Shown here: positions 14,507-30,414 of the stretch, piece by piece | How the letters are laid out: each line of letters starts with the position of its first letter | Numbering within the stretch: position 1 is the stretch's first letter | Assembly (NCBI RefSeq): GCF_009914755.1 | Contig: NC_060926.1 | Source of the DNA: the human T2T-CHM13v2.0 reference genome, Homo sapiens | Length of the DNA stretch: 64,000 nucleotides | Reading direction: 5' to 3' (one strand) | Made by a program: the position numbers and the translations under genes | The notes under the pieces: generated by a model | The model's database searches: none | Told to the model about the DNA's origin: nothing | What the model saw: the letters and a program-made list of their open reading frames with translations, nothing else

Positions 14507-14744
14507 GTGGGAGTGGGGGTGAGGATTTAAAAATTACCTATCGGGTACAAGCTCATTATATGGGTATTGGGTTCACTAGAAGCCTAATCTCCACCAGTAT
14601 GCAGTCTACCCATGTAATAAACAAGCACATGTACCCCTGAATCTAAACTTTTAAAAAAGAATATTCACAGGAAAAAAAAAGAGTTAATCACAGGGAAGCA
14701 GAAACAGACATACATTAAAAATTACTGATAAATTTTTTAAAAAT
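14507..14744 (+). mobile_element. L1 3'-end fragment
   Basis: aaaattacctatcgggtacaa...acccatgtaataaacaagcacatgtacccctgaatctaaa, typical L1PB/L1MA terminus. Confidence 0.75.
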
Positions 14745-14754
14745 AAGGAGGGAG

Positions 14755-15052
14755 GGCCAGGCACGGTGGCTAACACCTATAATCCCAGCACTTTGGGAGG
14801 CCGAGGTGGGCGGATCACGAGGTCAGGAGATTGAGACCATCCTGGCTAACACGGTGAAATCCCGTCTCTACTAAGAATACACAAAATTAGCCGGGCTTGG
14901 TGGCGGGCGCCTGTAGCCCCAGCTACTTAAGAGGCTGAGGCAGGAGAATCACTTGAACCCAGGAGGCGGAGGTTGCAGTGAGCTGAGATCACATCACTGC
15001 ACTCCAGCCTGGGCGACAGAGTGAGACTCCGTCTAAAAATAAATAAATAAAT
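14755..15052 (+). mobile_element. Alu (Sc/Y-like)
   Basis: Full dimer, (AAAT)n tail, TSD AAATAAGGAGGGAGG. Confidence 0.95.
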
Positions 15053-16312
15053 AAGGAGGGAGGGAAAGTCAAGCAGAGAGGGAGGGGAACTTGGGGCAAC
15101 CCTCTTCGGTATTTTGCTATGAAGATAAGTCATTCTGTGTGGCTGGAAAGTTTTCATGGTCCACCCAATCTCCTTACCAAGTATGGGAAAGATTCTACTG
15201 TAATGCCACAGTCTTGGCTTTATAACATTAGCCCACTGATGGTCTGCAACATTCTATGCCCTCCAGGCTTCTACCTCTTCCCTGCGCTGATTAGACTGTG
15301 GATAAGCCAATGAGTGAGGGGTAAGGGTGAAGCCACCTCTGCACCCTGATTCGTATCCAGAATCCTTTTTTAAAAAACCCTTTCTGAGTAGCTATTCTAT
15401 CTGTGGTTGCATTTTTACCGTTTTTCCCATATGACATCGTTTTTATTAAAGAAGGCATTTACTGTTGGCAATATATCTTGTCTGCTATATCTTCCCTTTA
15501 GTGGCTCAAAAAAAAAAAAGGAAAGAAAGAAAGAAGTGGTTTGTGTATTTCATTATTGGAATAGAACCTGGCAAATACCTTCAGCTGAGCCATGTTGGGA
15601 ACATCTGTGCTTTCAGCACACTGCAAAGCAAACCTCCCACACTGGGTAATTTGCTCTAACATGAGTTTCTTCCAATCTTCGGCAGTGTTTTCTCTACATC
15701 TTTCGATGGTGTTTGCTGACAAAGAAATGCCTTTCGGTTTGTCGACAGATCATTTATTGTTCATTGTTTCTGCCATTTTTCCTGCAGCAGAAAGAATAAG
15801 TGTCTGCCCATTGGTAGATGTTTTTTGCTTCATGCTATCATGCAAGAAACTTTAAAAGAGCTTTCCAAATATTTATCATTGCTTAGGGAAATAACTAAGA
15901 AGTACTGGGTTGAACAGCACAGAACTTTAAACACCGCTGGGAAAAAAACTGCTCAGGTTTCTCTTCGGTTCTGAAAGCTTAGTTTTGGACACCTTGCCAA
16001 CCATGAGGATTTCACACTGCTGATGACTTAATAGCTCCAGGCACCAGGCACCCGGGGCAAACTTCAGCAGTAACCACAGAGTGGGGGAAATTCAAAGAGT
16101 TTTGTTTGCTGATTTTTTATTTTAGGGGCTAACTTCTGGTCAGGTCTGTACCCTGAGCTCAGCCAAGAGTAATAAGGAATTCTCAGCTCTCCCTTCTGCT
16201 GTGGTTCACCTGCTCTGGATTTCTGGTGTTCATTGCAGATTCCTTACAGGAATCTTGTGTGAGCCACTTGGCCATTTTGGGGGATGAGTTCGGTTAATAC
16301 CAGATCATATAA

Positions 16313-16605
16313 GCCGAGCGCGGTGGCTCACGCCAGTAATCCCAGCACTTTGGGAGGCTGAGGTGATCGGCCATCACCTGAGGTCGGGAGTTCAAGACCA
16401 GCCTGACCAACATGGAGAAATTCTGTGTCTACTAAAAATACAAAATTAGCTGGGCTTGGTGGCGCATGCCTGTAATCCCAGCTACTCAGGAGGCTGAGGC
16501 AGGAGAATCATTCGAACCCGGGAGGCGAAGGTTTTGAGATGGTGCCATTATACTCCAGCCTGGCCAACAAGAGTGAAACTCTGTCTCAAAAAAAAAAAAA
16601 AAACA
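16313..16605 (+). mobile_element. Alu (S-like) with TSD
   Basis: TSD AGATCATATAA at 16302-16312 and 16606-16616. Confidence 0.95.
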
Positions 16606-18205
16606 AGATCATATAATCCATCAATCCACTTAGACGCACTAAACTCTAATCCTCCGCAATCCGCTGAAAGCGTGCAATCCAGAGTGGGTATTGCATCAAC
16701 CCCTGGTCTCGGGCACCAAATTCCCTTCTTCTGGGACACCAGAGAACTGCGTGGGGTGGTACCTGCATGAAGGGTGAAGGCGCCAGCATGGAACTTGATA
16801 TTAAACATGAGCTCTTGGGGCGCCCACTGCTCAGGGCTGTGGCAAGGCATATGGCGAGCTGAGCAAACAGTAGGCACTCAGGAGTGCCTGACATCCCTTT
16901 AACCAAACCCCAAGGTCCAGGTGAGTTTTGAAGTACTTGAGTACTGGGCAGGATGCCCAGGCTGAGCAACTCCCTGTGAGCAGGGGTATCTCACTCCCTG
17001 CAGAGCACAGACCCCAGAAGGCACCACAGGTTCAGTCCCCAGCAGATTCGAAGCCCCCTGCCCATCGAGTTCCCTTGAACCCCTGCCCCTGCACAGATCC
17101 AGTGATTGGCACAGGAAGCCTCCAGATCCAGCGAGAGGAGCACACTCCGGCAGCCTCTCAGGAGGACTCAAGGGGGATCCCAGCTGTGCCATTCTGGCCT
17201 GGGTGCTGAAGTTGCATCTGATCGTGCCCTGGCCCCACTGGTTCTAGGAACAGGCCTCCCCACCAGGTTAGCAGCTGCATAACTGGCCTCTGCCCCTAGA
17301 GGAAGCCTCCCTGAATCTCAGCCTCCCAGAGGGGCTCCAGAGGCCTTCCGGAAGCTGTGTGGGATTTGCAGTTGCACCCCTTCATCTAAGGCGGCCCCAG
17401 GGTCTACTGACCCCAGCTGACCATTGACTGCCAGTGCACACACCAGACCCCAACACCAACAAGCAGCTGGAAGCTCCCCTTGATAGAACCTTGCCACTGG
17501 GGCTGCCAGTCTTTGCTAATGCGCTTGGCATGGTGCCTGGGAACCAGCCACATGGCTCTTGAGCTGCCCTTCAAGGAGGAAACAGAAGTCCCCTGTCAAA
17601 AGATGAGGCCACCATCCACCCTTAACAGGGAGGTGGCCAGGCCCTGGTACCCTGTTCTGGCACTTTCTTTGTTCACCAGATTTGCAAATTTGTTATCAGC
17701 CAGCACAGTTTCCCCACCTCCACCCACCCTGTCTGGGCTCCTTAGAGTAAAGGAAAATTCTCCCCAAGGAGCTGCCTTCAGATCTCTCCACACAGATTCC
17801 TGACAGCAGTCCCTGCAATGGTTTGGTTCCACAGGATCATAGAAGCTTTTTAAAATTATTATTTATGCAAAATATAGACAAGGAAAGATGCGATTTGACT
17901 GCACCATGTGACAGCTTCTTGGGGATTTGAGCTGCCTGCCGGTCCAATGAACCAGCCGTGAGCTGCTGCCAGAGGCTACGGGATCCTGGGTGGCAGCTGA
18001 GGTTGGGGAAGCCAGGAACCCATCTTACTCCCTTGCAACCTGATGAGCTCATGCTGGACACAGGCCCAGCTCGGGACTGAACCGTGTAGCCCTCTGGGCA
18101 CCTTGAACCTTGCACCAGGGTGGTGGGGAGGCTGGGGAGGAGGAGGCATTCACTGTGACCAGTGGGGTTGCTTTATATGTGGATGTGTTTATAGCTTTTA
18201 TTTTA

Positions 18206-18546
18206 TGTGTGTGTGTGTGTGTGTTTATTCTTTCTTTTTTATTTTATTTTATTTTATTTTATTTTATTTTATTTTATTTTATTTTATTTTTGAGACAGGG
18301 CCTAGCTCTGTCTCCCAAGCACGATCTCAGCTCACTGCAAGCTCTGCTTTCTGGGCTCAAGTGACCTCCCAAGTAGCTGGGATTACAGGTGCGCACCACC
18401 ACACCTGGATAATTTTTGTACTGTTTATAGAGACAAGGTTTTGCCATGTTGTGCAGGCTTGTCTTGAACTCTTGGGCTTAAGCAATGCACCTGCCTTAGC
18501 CTCCCAAAGTGCTGGGACTGCAGGCATGAGCCACCATGCCCCGGCC
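18206..18546 (-). mobile_element. Alu (J-like) with (TTTTA)n tail and adjacent (TG)9
   Basis: (TG)9 18206-18223, (TTTTA)n ~18237-18290, Alu body to 18546. Confidence 0.9.
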
Positions 18547-18719
18547 AGTTTTATTTTATTTTTAATTGATAAATAAAAATTGTATATATTTATGGGGTAC
18601 AATGTGATGTTTCAATACATGTATACATTGCGGAATGATCAAGTCAGGCTAATTAGCATATCCGCCTCCTCAAATATTTATTATTTCTTTGTAATGAGAA
18701 CATTTAAAATCCCATCTTT

Positions 18720-19028
<309 letters not shown>

Positions 19029-19460
19029 TCATCTTTCGGCTATTTTTAAATATACAATACATTATTATGAACTATAGTCACCTTGCTATGCAATAGAACA
19101 GCAGAACTTATTCCTCCTAGTAGCTGTAACTTTGTACCTGTTGACCAACCTCTCCCCTTCCCCGTTCACCTCCCCTCTATGCCTGGCTTATTTCACTTCC
19201 TCTTGGTTCATCCATGTTGTTGAAAATGACAGAATTTCCTGTTTTTATAAAGCTGACTAGTGTTCCGTTATGTAAATACACCACGTGCTAAAAATCCATT
19301 TACCCGTTTAGGAACACTTAGGTTGTTTCCATATCTCGACTATTGTAAATAATTGTGTCATGACCATGGCAGTGCAGACATCTCTTCCGCATACAGATTT
19401 CAATCCTTTGGGTATGTACCCAGTAGTGGGGTTGCTGGATTATTTGATACAGGTAATTCT

Positions 19461-19597
19461 CTTTTTTTTTTTTAGAGATAGGATCTCACTATGTTGTCCA
19501 GGCTGCTCTTGAACTCCTGACCTGAAGCAGTCCTTCCTCCTTGGTCTCCTAGAGTAGAGGGCTGAGATTACAGGCATGAGCCACAACACCTAGCCCT
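19461..19597 (-). mobile_element. FLAM / Alu monomer
   Basis: Single arm; TSD CAGGTAATTCT on both sides. Confidence 0.8.
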
Positions 19598-20324
19598 CCA
19601 GGTAATTCTATATTTAGTCTTTTGAGAAACCTTCATACTGTTATCCAAAATGGCTGTACTAATTTGCAATGTTACCAACAGTGTATAACGGTTCCCTTTT
19701 CTCCACATCCTTGTCAACACTTACTATCTTTCATCTTTTTTATAACAGCCAATCTAACAGGTGTGAGGTGATATCTCATTGTGGTTTTAATTTGCATTTC
19801 TCTGATGATTAGTGATATTGAGCACTTTTCCATATAACTGTTGGTCATTTGTATGTCTTGTTTTGAGAAATGTCTGTTCAAGTCCTTTGCCTTTTTAAAA
19901 TAGGGTTATTTGTTTTTTATTATTGAGTCATTTGAGTTCCTTGTATATTTTGGATATTAGCCCTTTACCAGTGTATGATTCGCAAATGTCTTCTCCCAAT
20001 CTTTGAATTGTCTCTTCACGCTATTAACTGTTTCCATTGCTGTTCAGAAGCTTTTTAGTTTGATGCAATACAATTTGTCTATTTTTGCTTCTGTTGCCTG
20101 TGCTTTTGGGGTCATATCCAAGAAACCTCTGCCCAGACCCATGGCATGGAGCCTTTGCCCTACGTTTCTTCTAGTAGTTTTATAGTTTCAGGTCTTGCAT
20201 TTAAGTCTTTGAGTTGATTTTGTATAAGGGGTAAGATAAAGTCCCCTTTTCATTATTCTGTATGTGGAGATCTAGTTTTTCCAAAACCATTTATTAAGAG
20301 ACCGTTCTTCCCCCATTGTCCAAG

Positions 20325-20585
20325 ACCAGGTAAAGTAGCGCATGCCTGTAATCCCAGCCCTCTGAGAGGCCGAAGTGGGAGGATCACTTGAGGCCAGGAG
20401 TTTGAGACCAGACTAGGCAACATAGCAAGCCCCATCTCTGAAAAAAAAAATTTTTTTTTTAATTAGCTCAGCATAGTGGCATGCACCTGTAGTCCCAGCT
20501 ACTCAGGAGGCTGAGGCATGAGGATTGCCAGAGCACAGGAGTTCAAGGTTACAGTGAGCTATGATTGCATCACTGCACTCTGACC
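20325..20585 (+). mobile_element. Alu (J-like)
   Basis: gcctgtaatcccagc...gaggccaggagtttgagacc...cactgcactc. Confidence 0.85.
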
Positions 20586-20854
20586 TTTTTTATGCTCTCT
20601 TAAGTGGGATTGTTTTCTTAATTTCTTTTTCAGACAGTTAGTTGTTAGTATAAAGAAACACTACTGCTTTTTGTAAGTTGATTTTGTATCCTGGAACTTT
20701 ACTGAATTTGTTTATCAGTTCTAATGGTTTTTGGGGGTAACTGTTTAGGATATTTTATATATAAGATCATGTCAGCAAACACAGACAATTTCACTTCATC
20801 CTTTCCTATTAGGATACCTTTTATTTCTTTTTCTTGCCGAATTGCTCTGGCTAA

Positions 20855-21297
<443 letters not shown>

Positions 21298-21376
21298 TGT
21301 TGAGAGTTTTTTTTTACCATGAAAGGATTGAACTATGTCAAATGCTTTTTCTGCATCTATTGAGATGAATATATGA

Positions 21377-21760
<384 letters not shown>

Positions 21761-22557
21761 TGGTGAATGATCTTTTTAAGGTACTGGTGAATAGGGTTAT
21801 CTAGTATTTTCTTGAGGATTTTTGCATCCATGTTCATCAATGATATAGCCTGTACTTATTCCTTCTTGTAGTGTCTTTGTCTGGCTTGGTATCAGAGTAA
21901 GCTGGCCTTGTAGAATGAGTTTGGAAGTATGCTGTCCCCTTCAATTTTTGGGAAGGGCTTGATAAGAATTGGTGTTAGCTCTTCCTTAAATATCTGGTAG
22001 AATTTAACCATGAAGCCATCTCGTTCTGGGATTTTTTTGTTGGTGGTGGTAGACTCTTAATTACTGATTCAATCTTCTTATTAGTTATTAGTCTGTTCAG
22101 ATTTCCAATTTTTTCATGATCCAGTATTTAGGTTATATTTCTAGGAATTTATCCATTTCTTCTAGGTTGTGCAATTTGTTGGCATATAATTGCTTATAGT
22201 AGTCTCTTACGATCCTTTGTATTTCTGTTATCAATGGTAACAACTCTTCTTTCATCTCTGATTTTATTTGAGTCTTCTTTTTTCTTTATTAGTCTAGCTA
22301 AGGGTTTGTCAGTTTTGTTCAGCTTTTTACAAACCAACTCTTAGTTTTGTTGATTTTTTTCTATTGTTTTTCTAGTCTCTATTTCATTGATTTCTGCTCT
22401 GATCTTTGTTATTTCCTTCCTTCTGCTAACTTTGACCTTAATTTGTTCTTCTTTTTCTAGTTCCTTGAGGCATAATATTAGCCTGTTTATTTGAGATTTT
22501 TCTTCTTTTTTGATATAGGCATTTATTGCTATAAACTTCCCTCTTAGAACTGCTTTA

Positions 22558-22860
<303 letters not shown>

Positions 22861-23089
22861 GCTGCCTTTGCTGCATCCCATGCATTTTTGTATATTGTGC
22901 TTCCATTTTTTGTTCATCTCAAGATATTTTTAAGTTTACCCTTTAATTTCTTCTTTGATTCACCAGTTGTTCAGAGAAGCATATTGTTTAATTTCCACAT
23001 ATTTGTTAATTTCCCATAATTCCTTCTGTTATTGATTTCTAGTTTCATACCACTGTGGTTGGAAAAGATACTTGATATTATTTCAATCT

Positions 23090-23356
23090 TTTTCTGTTTT
23101 TTTGAGACAGGGTCTTGCTCTGTCACCCAGGTTGGAGTGTGGTGGTGCTGATCACCACTCACTGCAACCTCGAACTCCCAGGCTCAAGCAATCCTCCTGA
23201 CTCAGCCTCCCTAGGAGCTGGGACTACAGGCATACGCTACCATGTCCAGTGTCTCTATGTGGCCCAGGCTGGTCTCAAACTCATGGGCTCAAGTGATCCT
23301 CACGCTTCGGTCTTCCAAAATGTTGTGATTATAGAAGTGAGCCACTGTACCTGGCC
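23090..23356 (-). mobile_element. Alu (J-like)
   Basis: Alu consensus flanked by ATTTCAATCTT repeats. Confidence 0.85.
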
Positions 23357-23898
23357 AATTTCAATCTTCTTAAATTTGTTAAGACTTATTTTGTAGCCTA
23401 ATATACGACATACCTTGAAGAATGTTTTATGTTCACTCGAGAAGAATATGTATTATGTTGCTTTTAGGTGGAACGGTCTATATATATCTGTTAGACCCAT
23501 TTGGTCTAAAGTGTAGTTCGAATCGGATGTTTCCTTATTGACTTTCTGTTTGGATCTGTTCAATGCTGAAAGTGAGGAATTGCAATTCACTACTATTATT
23601 ATGTTGTAGTCTACGTCTTTCTTCAGATCCCTTAAGGTTTGCTTGTTTGGTTGCTTGATTGACTGATTGTGGGGATGGGGTTTTGCTATGGTACCCAGGC
23701 TGGTCTCAAATTCCTGGCCTCGAGCAGTCCTCCCTCCTTGGCCTCTCAAAGTGCTGAGATTGTAGGCATGCTTCATGTATTTAGGTGCTCCAAAGTTGGG
23801 TGCACATATATCTGTACTTGTTATATCCTCTTGATGAATTCACCACTATAGAATGTCACTATACGATGACTTTGTCTCTTTTTACAGTTTTTCGCCTA

Positions 23899-24236
<338 letters not shown>

Positions 24237-27200
24237 GTATATTTTGTCTGAAATAAGTATAGCTACCTCTCTTCTCTTTTTTATCCCATTTGCATTGAAT
24301 ATCTTTTTCTATCCTTTCACTTTCAGTCTATGAGTGTCCTTTAAGGCAAAGTGAGTCTTGTGTAGGCAACATATGTTGGGTCTTGTTATTTTATCCATTT
24401 AGCTACTCTGTGCATTTGATTGGAGAATTTAACCCATTTACACTCAAACTAATTATTGATAGATAATGACTTACTAGTACCATTTTGTTCATTATTTTCT
24501 GGGTATTTTGTAGATCTTTTGTCCCTTTCTTCCTCTTGCTTTTTTTCCTTTGTGATTTGATGGCTTTCTATACTGCTATGCTTGGGATCTGTTCTTTTTC
24601 TCTGTTGTGTATCTATTATAGGCTTTTGCTTTGTGGTTACCCTAAGGCATACATAAGCCATCTTATACTTAACTGGTTATTTTAAGTTGACAACAACTTA
24701 ACTTTGATTGCACATATAAACTCTACACTTTTACTTCTCCTCCTCCCATTTTATGTTTTTGTGTCACACTTTACATCTTTTTACAATTTTTATCTTTTAA
24801 CAAATCACTGTGGCTCTAGTTGTTTTTAAGTTTTACCTTTTAACCTTTGTACTGGAGATATAAATGATTTACCTGCTGCCATTATGGTGTTAGAGTGTTT
24901 TGGATTTGACAATGTACTTACTTTTACCAATGAGTTTTATACTTTCATATGTTTTCATATTACTACTAATTAACATCCTCTTCCTTCAGCTTGAAAAACT
25001 CCTTTTAGCATTTCTTGTAAAGCAGGTCTAAAACAAAAACCCTCTCAGTTTTTGTCTGAGAAAGTCTTTCTCACACCTTCATTTTTTAGAGACAGAATTG
25101 CTGGGTATAGTATTATTAGTTGGCTTTTTTCTTCCTTTCAGGATTTTGAATGTATCATCCCACTCCCTTATGGCCTGCAAGGTTTCTGTTGAGAAGTATA
25201 CTGATAGTCATATGGGGGTTCCCTTATACATGATGATTCACTTTTCCCTTGTTGCTTTCAATATTCTTTTTAACTACTGACAATTCGATTACAATGTGTC
25301 TTGGTGTGGATCTCTTTGGATTCATCTTATGTGGCATCCTCTGGGCTTCCTGGATCTGGCTTTCTATTTCATTCCCTAGGCTTGCAATGTTTTCTGCCAT
25401 TATTTCTTTGAATATGTATTCTATCCCTTTCTCTCCCTTTCTTCTTCTGGCATGCCAATAATGCATAAGTTGTTAAGCTATCTTCAATCCTTTTCATTCT
25501 TTTTGCTTCTCATATTAGATAATTTCCAGTGGCCTGTCTTTGAATCTATAAATTCTTTCTTCTGTGTGATCTAGGCTGCTGTTTATGCTCTTTTTCAGTT
25601 CAGTTATAGTATTCTTCAGCGCTATGATTTCTGTTTAGTACTTTAATTTCTGTCTGTTTGTTGAAATTCTCAGTTTGTTTTTGTATTGCTCTCCTGACCT
25701 TGGTGAGCATGTCTATGACCGTTATTTTGAATTCAGTTAAATCACATATCTCCACTTCACTTGGATTTGTTCTTCACTGGAGATTCGTATTGTTCCTTTA
25801 TTTGGAATATCATCCCGTTTCTTCATTTTCCTTGACTCTCTGTGTTGGTCTCTTTGGGTTAGATAGGACAACTACTTCCCTCAGTCTTGTGAGACTGGCC
25901 TCATGTAGAAGAATCTCGCCAATCCATTTAACCTGGGATTTTAAGATGTCCCTCAAATCTTTGTGTTTGTCCAGACTGCTACCTCTGTTTGCGGTGGCCC
26001 CCTAGAGCTTGGGATGTACTACATCATGTTAGTACCTAATACCAGTGAGATGGCAGCCAGACTCTCTAGATGTAGCTGGAAAGGTTGGGTGTTGGATATG
26101 TGTTCCAGTTCCTTCTATCTTTACAGTGAAGCTGAGTGCAGGCATTTGTCTCCCACTTTCTCTGCATTAATCTGGGGATAAAATCTGTGGCAAATGCCTG
26201 CACAGGCATTTGTACAGGCTGCATTCTTTGATCCTGGGGAGATAGCTGCTGACATTGGGCCCACCTCTTTGTTTTTTGTGGTCTAGGGCCACTCAAGAAT
26301 GCAAAGCCCCATTGAGTCCCAGAGCTGGTAATTAAAAACGCAGTCCCTTAGCTGGGAGCTATAGAAGTTCTGGCACTTGGCACTTGGCCAAACTCCTTTC
26401 ATGAAGAATGGGTAAGCCTGGATTTATCACCAGGGTGAGCCCGAGAGAAGGCTTATGAAGCACCAAGCTCTGGTTCCAGCTGTCGAAGGGCTCCTGTTCT
26501 GTTCCATTGCCCAGTTAGCTGCTTTATGCAAGTTCATTTAGAAGGCAGACCGTCAAGTAGCCACTGGAAGTGTGTACCGAGAGCCTCTCCTGGAGAGCGA
26601 ATGGGAACTGCACATTCCTGCCTCTTTCTGCACTGCTCCAAGGGGGTGTACCCCATGGAAGTGTTTACACACTCATCTAAAACCACCACTTTGTTCTGTG
26701 ATCAAGGAGACTCACATATACCTGGTCCCTTCTGTTCACAGAGCTAGGAGGTTTAGGATGGAGTCCTTTGGGAGGTAGCTGTAAAAGTTGGGGAACTCAA
26801 TTTTTGGTATAAACCCTTTCCAGGGACAAAGAGGGGGCTGTGTTTTTTTAAGCCCCTTCTCTGTGCTGCTCCTGGGGGATGAAGACCCTGGAAGTGTTTG
26901 TTGCACCTGTATAAAAATGCTGCTTTCTTCCTGTGGTCTAGAGAGACACATTCATGCCAGTCCCCTTTGCCCCCAGAGCTAGGAGGTTTAGGATGCAGTC
27001 TTTCAAGTGGAAGCTGTAAAAGTTGGGGTGCTCTATCTGAGGGAGAAACAGGGGGCCGCTCTTTTTAAGCCCCTTCTCTGTACTGTTCCCAGAGGATAAA
27101 GCCACTGGAAGTGCTTGTATGCCCGTATGAAACTGCTGCTTTATTCCTGTGGTCTAGAGAGACTCATATGCGTCTAATCTCTGCTCCCAGAGCTGGTGAA

Positions 27201-28364
27201 ATAAGAGCCAAACTGTGGGGAACTTTAGAGTTAGGGTGCTATATTTAAGGCCCAAACCCTCCTCTCCACAGGGAGAAGGAAGCTGGGGTGATTCCTTCCC
27301 AGCTGGGTGGTGAGGTGCCCGGGGCCATGCCCGAATATGCCTCCACTCTCCTAACCATTCAAAATGACTTTCTCCGTTGCTCAATGGGTAGGAGTCTCAA
27401 CTGGTCTCTGATTTTGTCTTGAGGAAACTGACCTGTGAATAGACCTATCTGGTGCATTTCTGGGTCGGGGGAGATTCAGGAGCTTCCTATTCCACCATGC
27501 TGCTTGAGGTTGGTTTATTTCTGCTACAGCAGAGTGTACCGGCTGTCAGGGAGCAGGGTGGCCTGAGTCAGTGACACAGAGTAAAATAAGCCACACTTGA
27601 TAGTGGGGGAGTAGGAATGGCCAGGGGAACATGTGGGACAGCACCTCTAAGATGGGCTGCAAACAAGTGAGGGCTGAGAACCCCCAACCCAAGCAGATGG
27701 AAAGGAGGCCCCAGAGAGAAGCCCCAACATGAGCCACAACCCATGTCACATGAACAGCAGTAGGGACAAAAAGGGGTATTTGGCTTGGACAAGAGAAGGA
27801 AACTGTGGCTCACCTTGGACCATATGAAGAGGAGTCACAGGGCAGGGGTCACACCAGGACACTAGGATGTGGATTCCTGCTCATTCTAAGGACTCTGCGG
27901 GAAAGGCCAGGTCAGGACACAGCTAAGGTTGTCCCCAAGGGGAAGGGGTCTTGAGAAGTCGCAGTTCCTGCCCCTCATGGTTTTCCAGGCAAAGCTGAGT
28001 GTCCGCCTGATGGAGGCTGCAGAGAAGAGCTGCTCTTCTCAGACGGGGATGAAGTGCACAGCTTGCCAAGGGCTCAGTCAGTTATGTGCCATCTATCGTG
28101 GACTCCAAAATGCAGTGACAAGTGAGCTTATAGAGCAAGGGCTTCCTTGGGGTGCATGGGCTGAGTTTTCCATTGTCCTGAAACCTTCTATAAGCAATAG
28201 GAAGAAACTATAGATGGCATGATCAGTGGCCTAGGTTCTTCTCCATAAAGTCCTCCCAACGACAGCCTCTTATGGATCAATTGCTGTGCAGTGACTTAGA
28301 CCCGGGAGGGCCAGCTGCTGACTCCAAAGCCTAAAGGGTCTCAGCTTCTCAAGAAGCCCCCTTC

Positions 28365-28665
<301 letters not shown>

Positions 28666-30089
28666 GAAGCCTACCCTGCAGGCTGTAGAGAGCTGATGGA
28701 AGTGTCCTGTGGCCCCTTGCAAGGGGAGCAGGAAGGGGAACATGCTAATTGAAACAAAAACAGATTACAGTCCCTTCTGCTTCTTAATGGATGGTAGACA
28801 GTGAAACTCATATCTATAAAAATAACCCTCTGCAGTCTCACTGGTACAGAGGCTGTGGGGATGGGAGAAGGAAAGCTGGACTCTTGAGCCCTGTCCTGCC
28901 CTGTCCTGCTGCTGAATGTCCTTGAGAGCCCACCCATGGGGACAGAGACAGTGCTCAGCCTCTGGACAAGCCCAGAGCAGGCAGGGGGAAAGGGAAACTA
29001 CTCTTTATAATCAGTCCTGGGAAAGTGGGTTCCTGCAACCAGCTTCAGGGAGAGGGGAGGAGCTCAGCAGGGGGAGGGAGGAGAGAAAGAGAGACAGCAG
29101 ATCTCAGCAGCTGATGGGCCACACCCCCTCTGGCACCCCGAAACTTCAGCAAAGGCTGTGGCCCACCCAGGATTGTGTGGGTGGGACCCGGGGAAGAAAT
29201 GAATTAGGGTGCTGCCCCCATGGGGGGCATGGAGGTGGGAAAGAACCAGCCCACCCAAGGGGCCATGTGGAGAAACCCAATCTCCCCCCGCAGAACCTGC
29301 CCCCAGAGGCATTCGCATATGAAGGACTCTGGGCTTCCATCCTATTTGGAAATTTAAAAATTTTCAGCCATTTAAAAATACTGTATCTATGGCACTTACC
29401 AGCTGAGCCCCCCCAGGGTCCTGGACATCAGGGCCAGCATAGAAACAACCATAGGGAAGGTGGGAACTTAAATCCAGGCTCCCTGGAGCTAGTTAGAATG
29501 ACCTGGGGCTCAGGGCTGTTCAGTGGCACCAGATGCCATGTGCCCCTTCCTGGGTATCCCAGAAATCCCAGGGCCACTAAGCTGGGCTCAGCCCCCGCAT
29601 TCACCAATGTCCCCTCTTTGGCCCTAGGATGGGAAGCTTGGGCACAAACCCACCTCTCTGCTGGCTTCAAATCCTTCCTGAATCTGTACAGAGGTGGCAC
29701 CCACAGGGCCCCCAGGGCTGAGGGGCACCCCCAACATCCTAGGCCCTGAGAACTCTGAGGCAAGCTCGCAGCCGAGGCGGGGGAGCTGTGCAGACCTGGG
29801 GAGGAAACAGGGGGCAGGCATGCCGATCCTTCATCGTGGCAGCTGCAAGCCAGCGCTTGGGCACCCGTCACCTCTCATCTGCTGATGGCAACACTGGAGA
29901 CCATAGAGGGCTCCTCCCTTGCCAAGGTCACCAGGCAGTAACCCCTGGGCTCAAGTCCTGCTCACAAAGCTGTGGATGGCAGAACCAGGACCTGGTGCAG
30001 AGGCTAGCCCCTGAGGATACTGATGGGGACAGCATCGCCTGCTGAACTTTGGTACACAGGTGAATACCTGGAAGATTTTTTTCTTCTCA

Positions 30090-30414
<325 letters not shown>

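Noticed and set aside
15498-15722. Possible domesticated transposase gene
   Set aside because: Catalytic Asp replaced, flanking stops and frameshifts, Alu interruptions: a fossil.
28916-29749. 277-aa ORF on +
   Set aside because: No homology or splice structure recognised.
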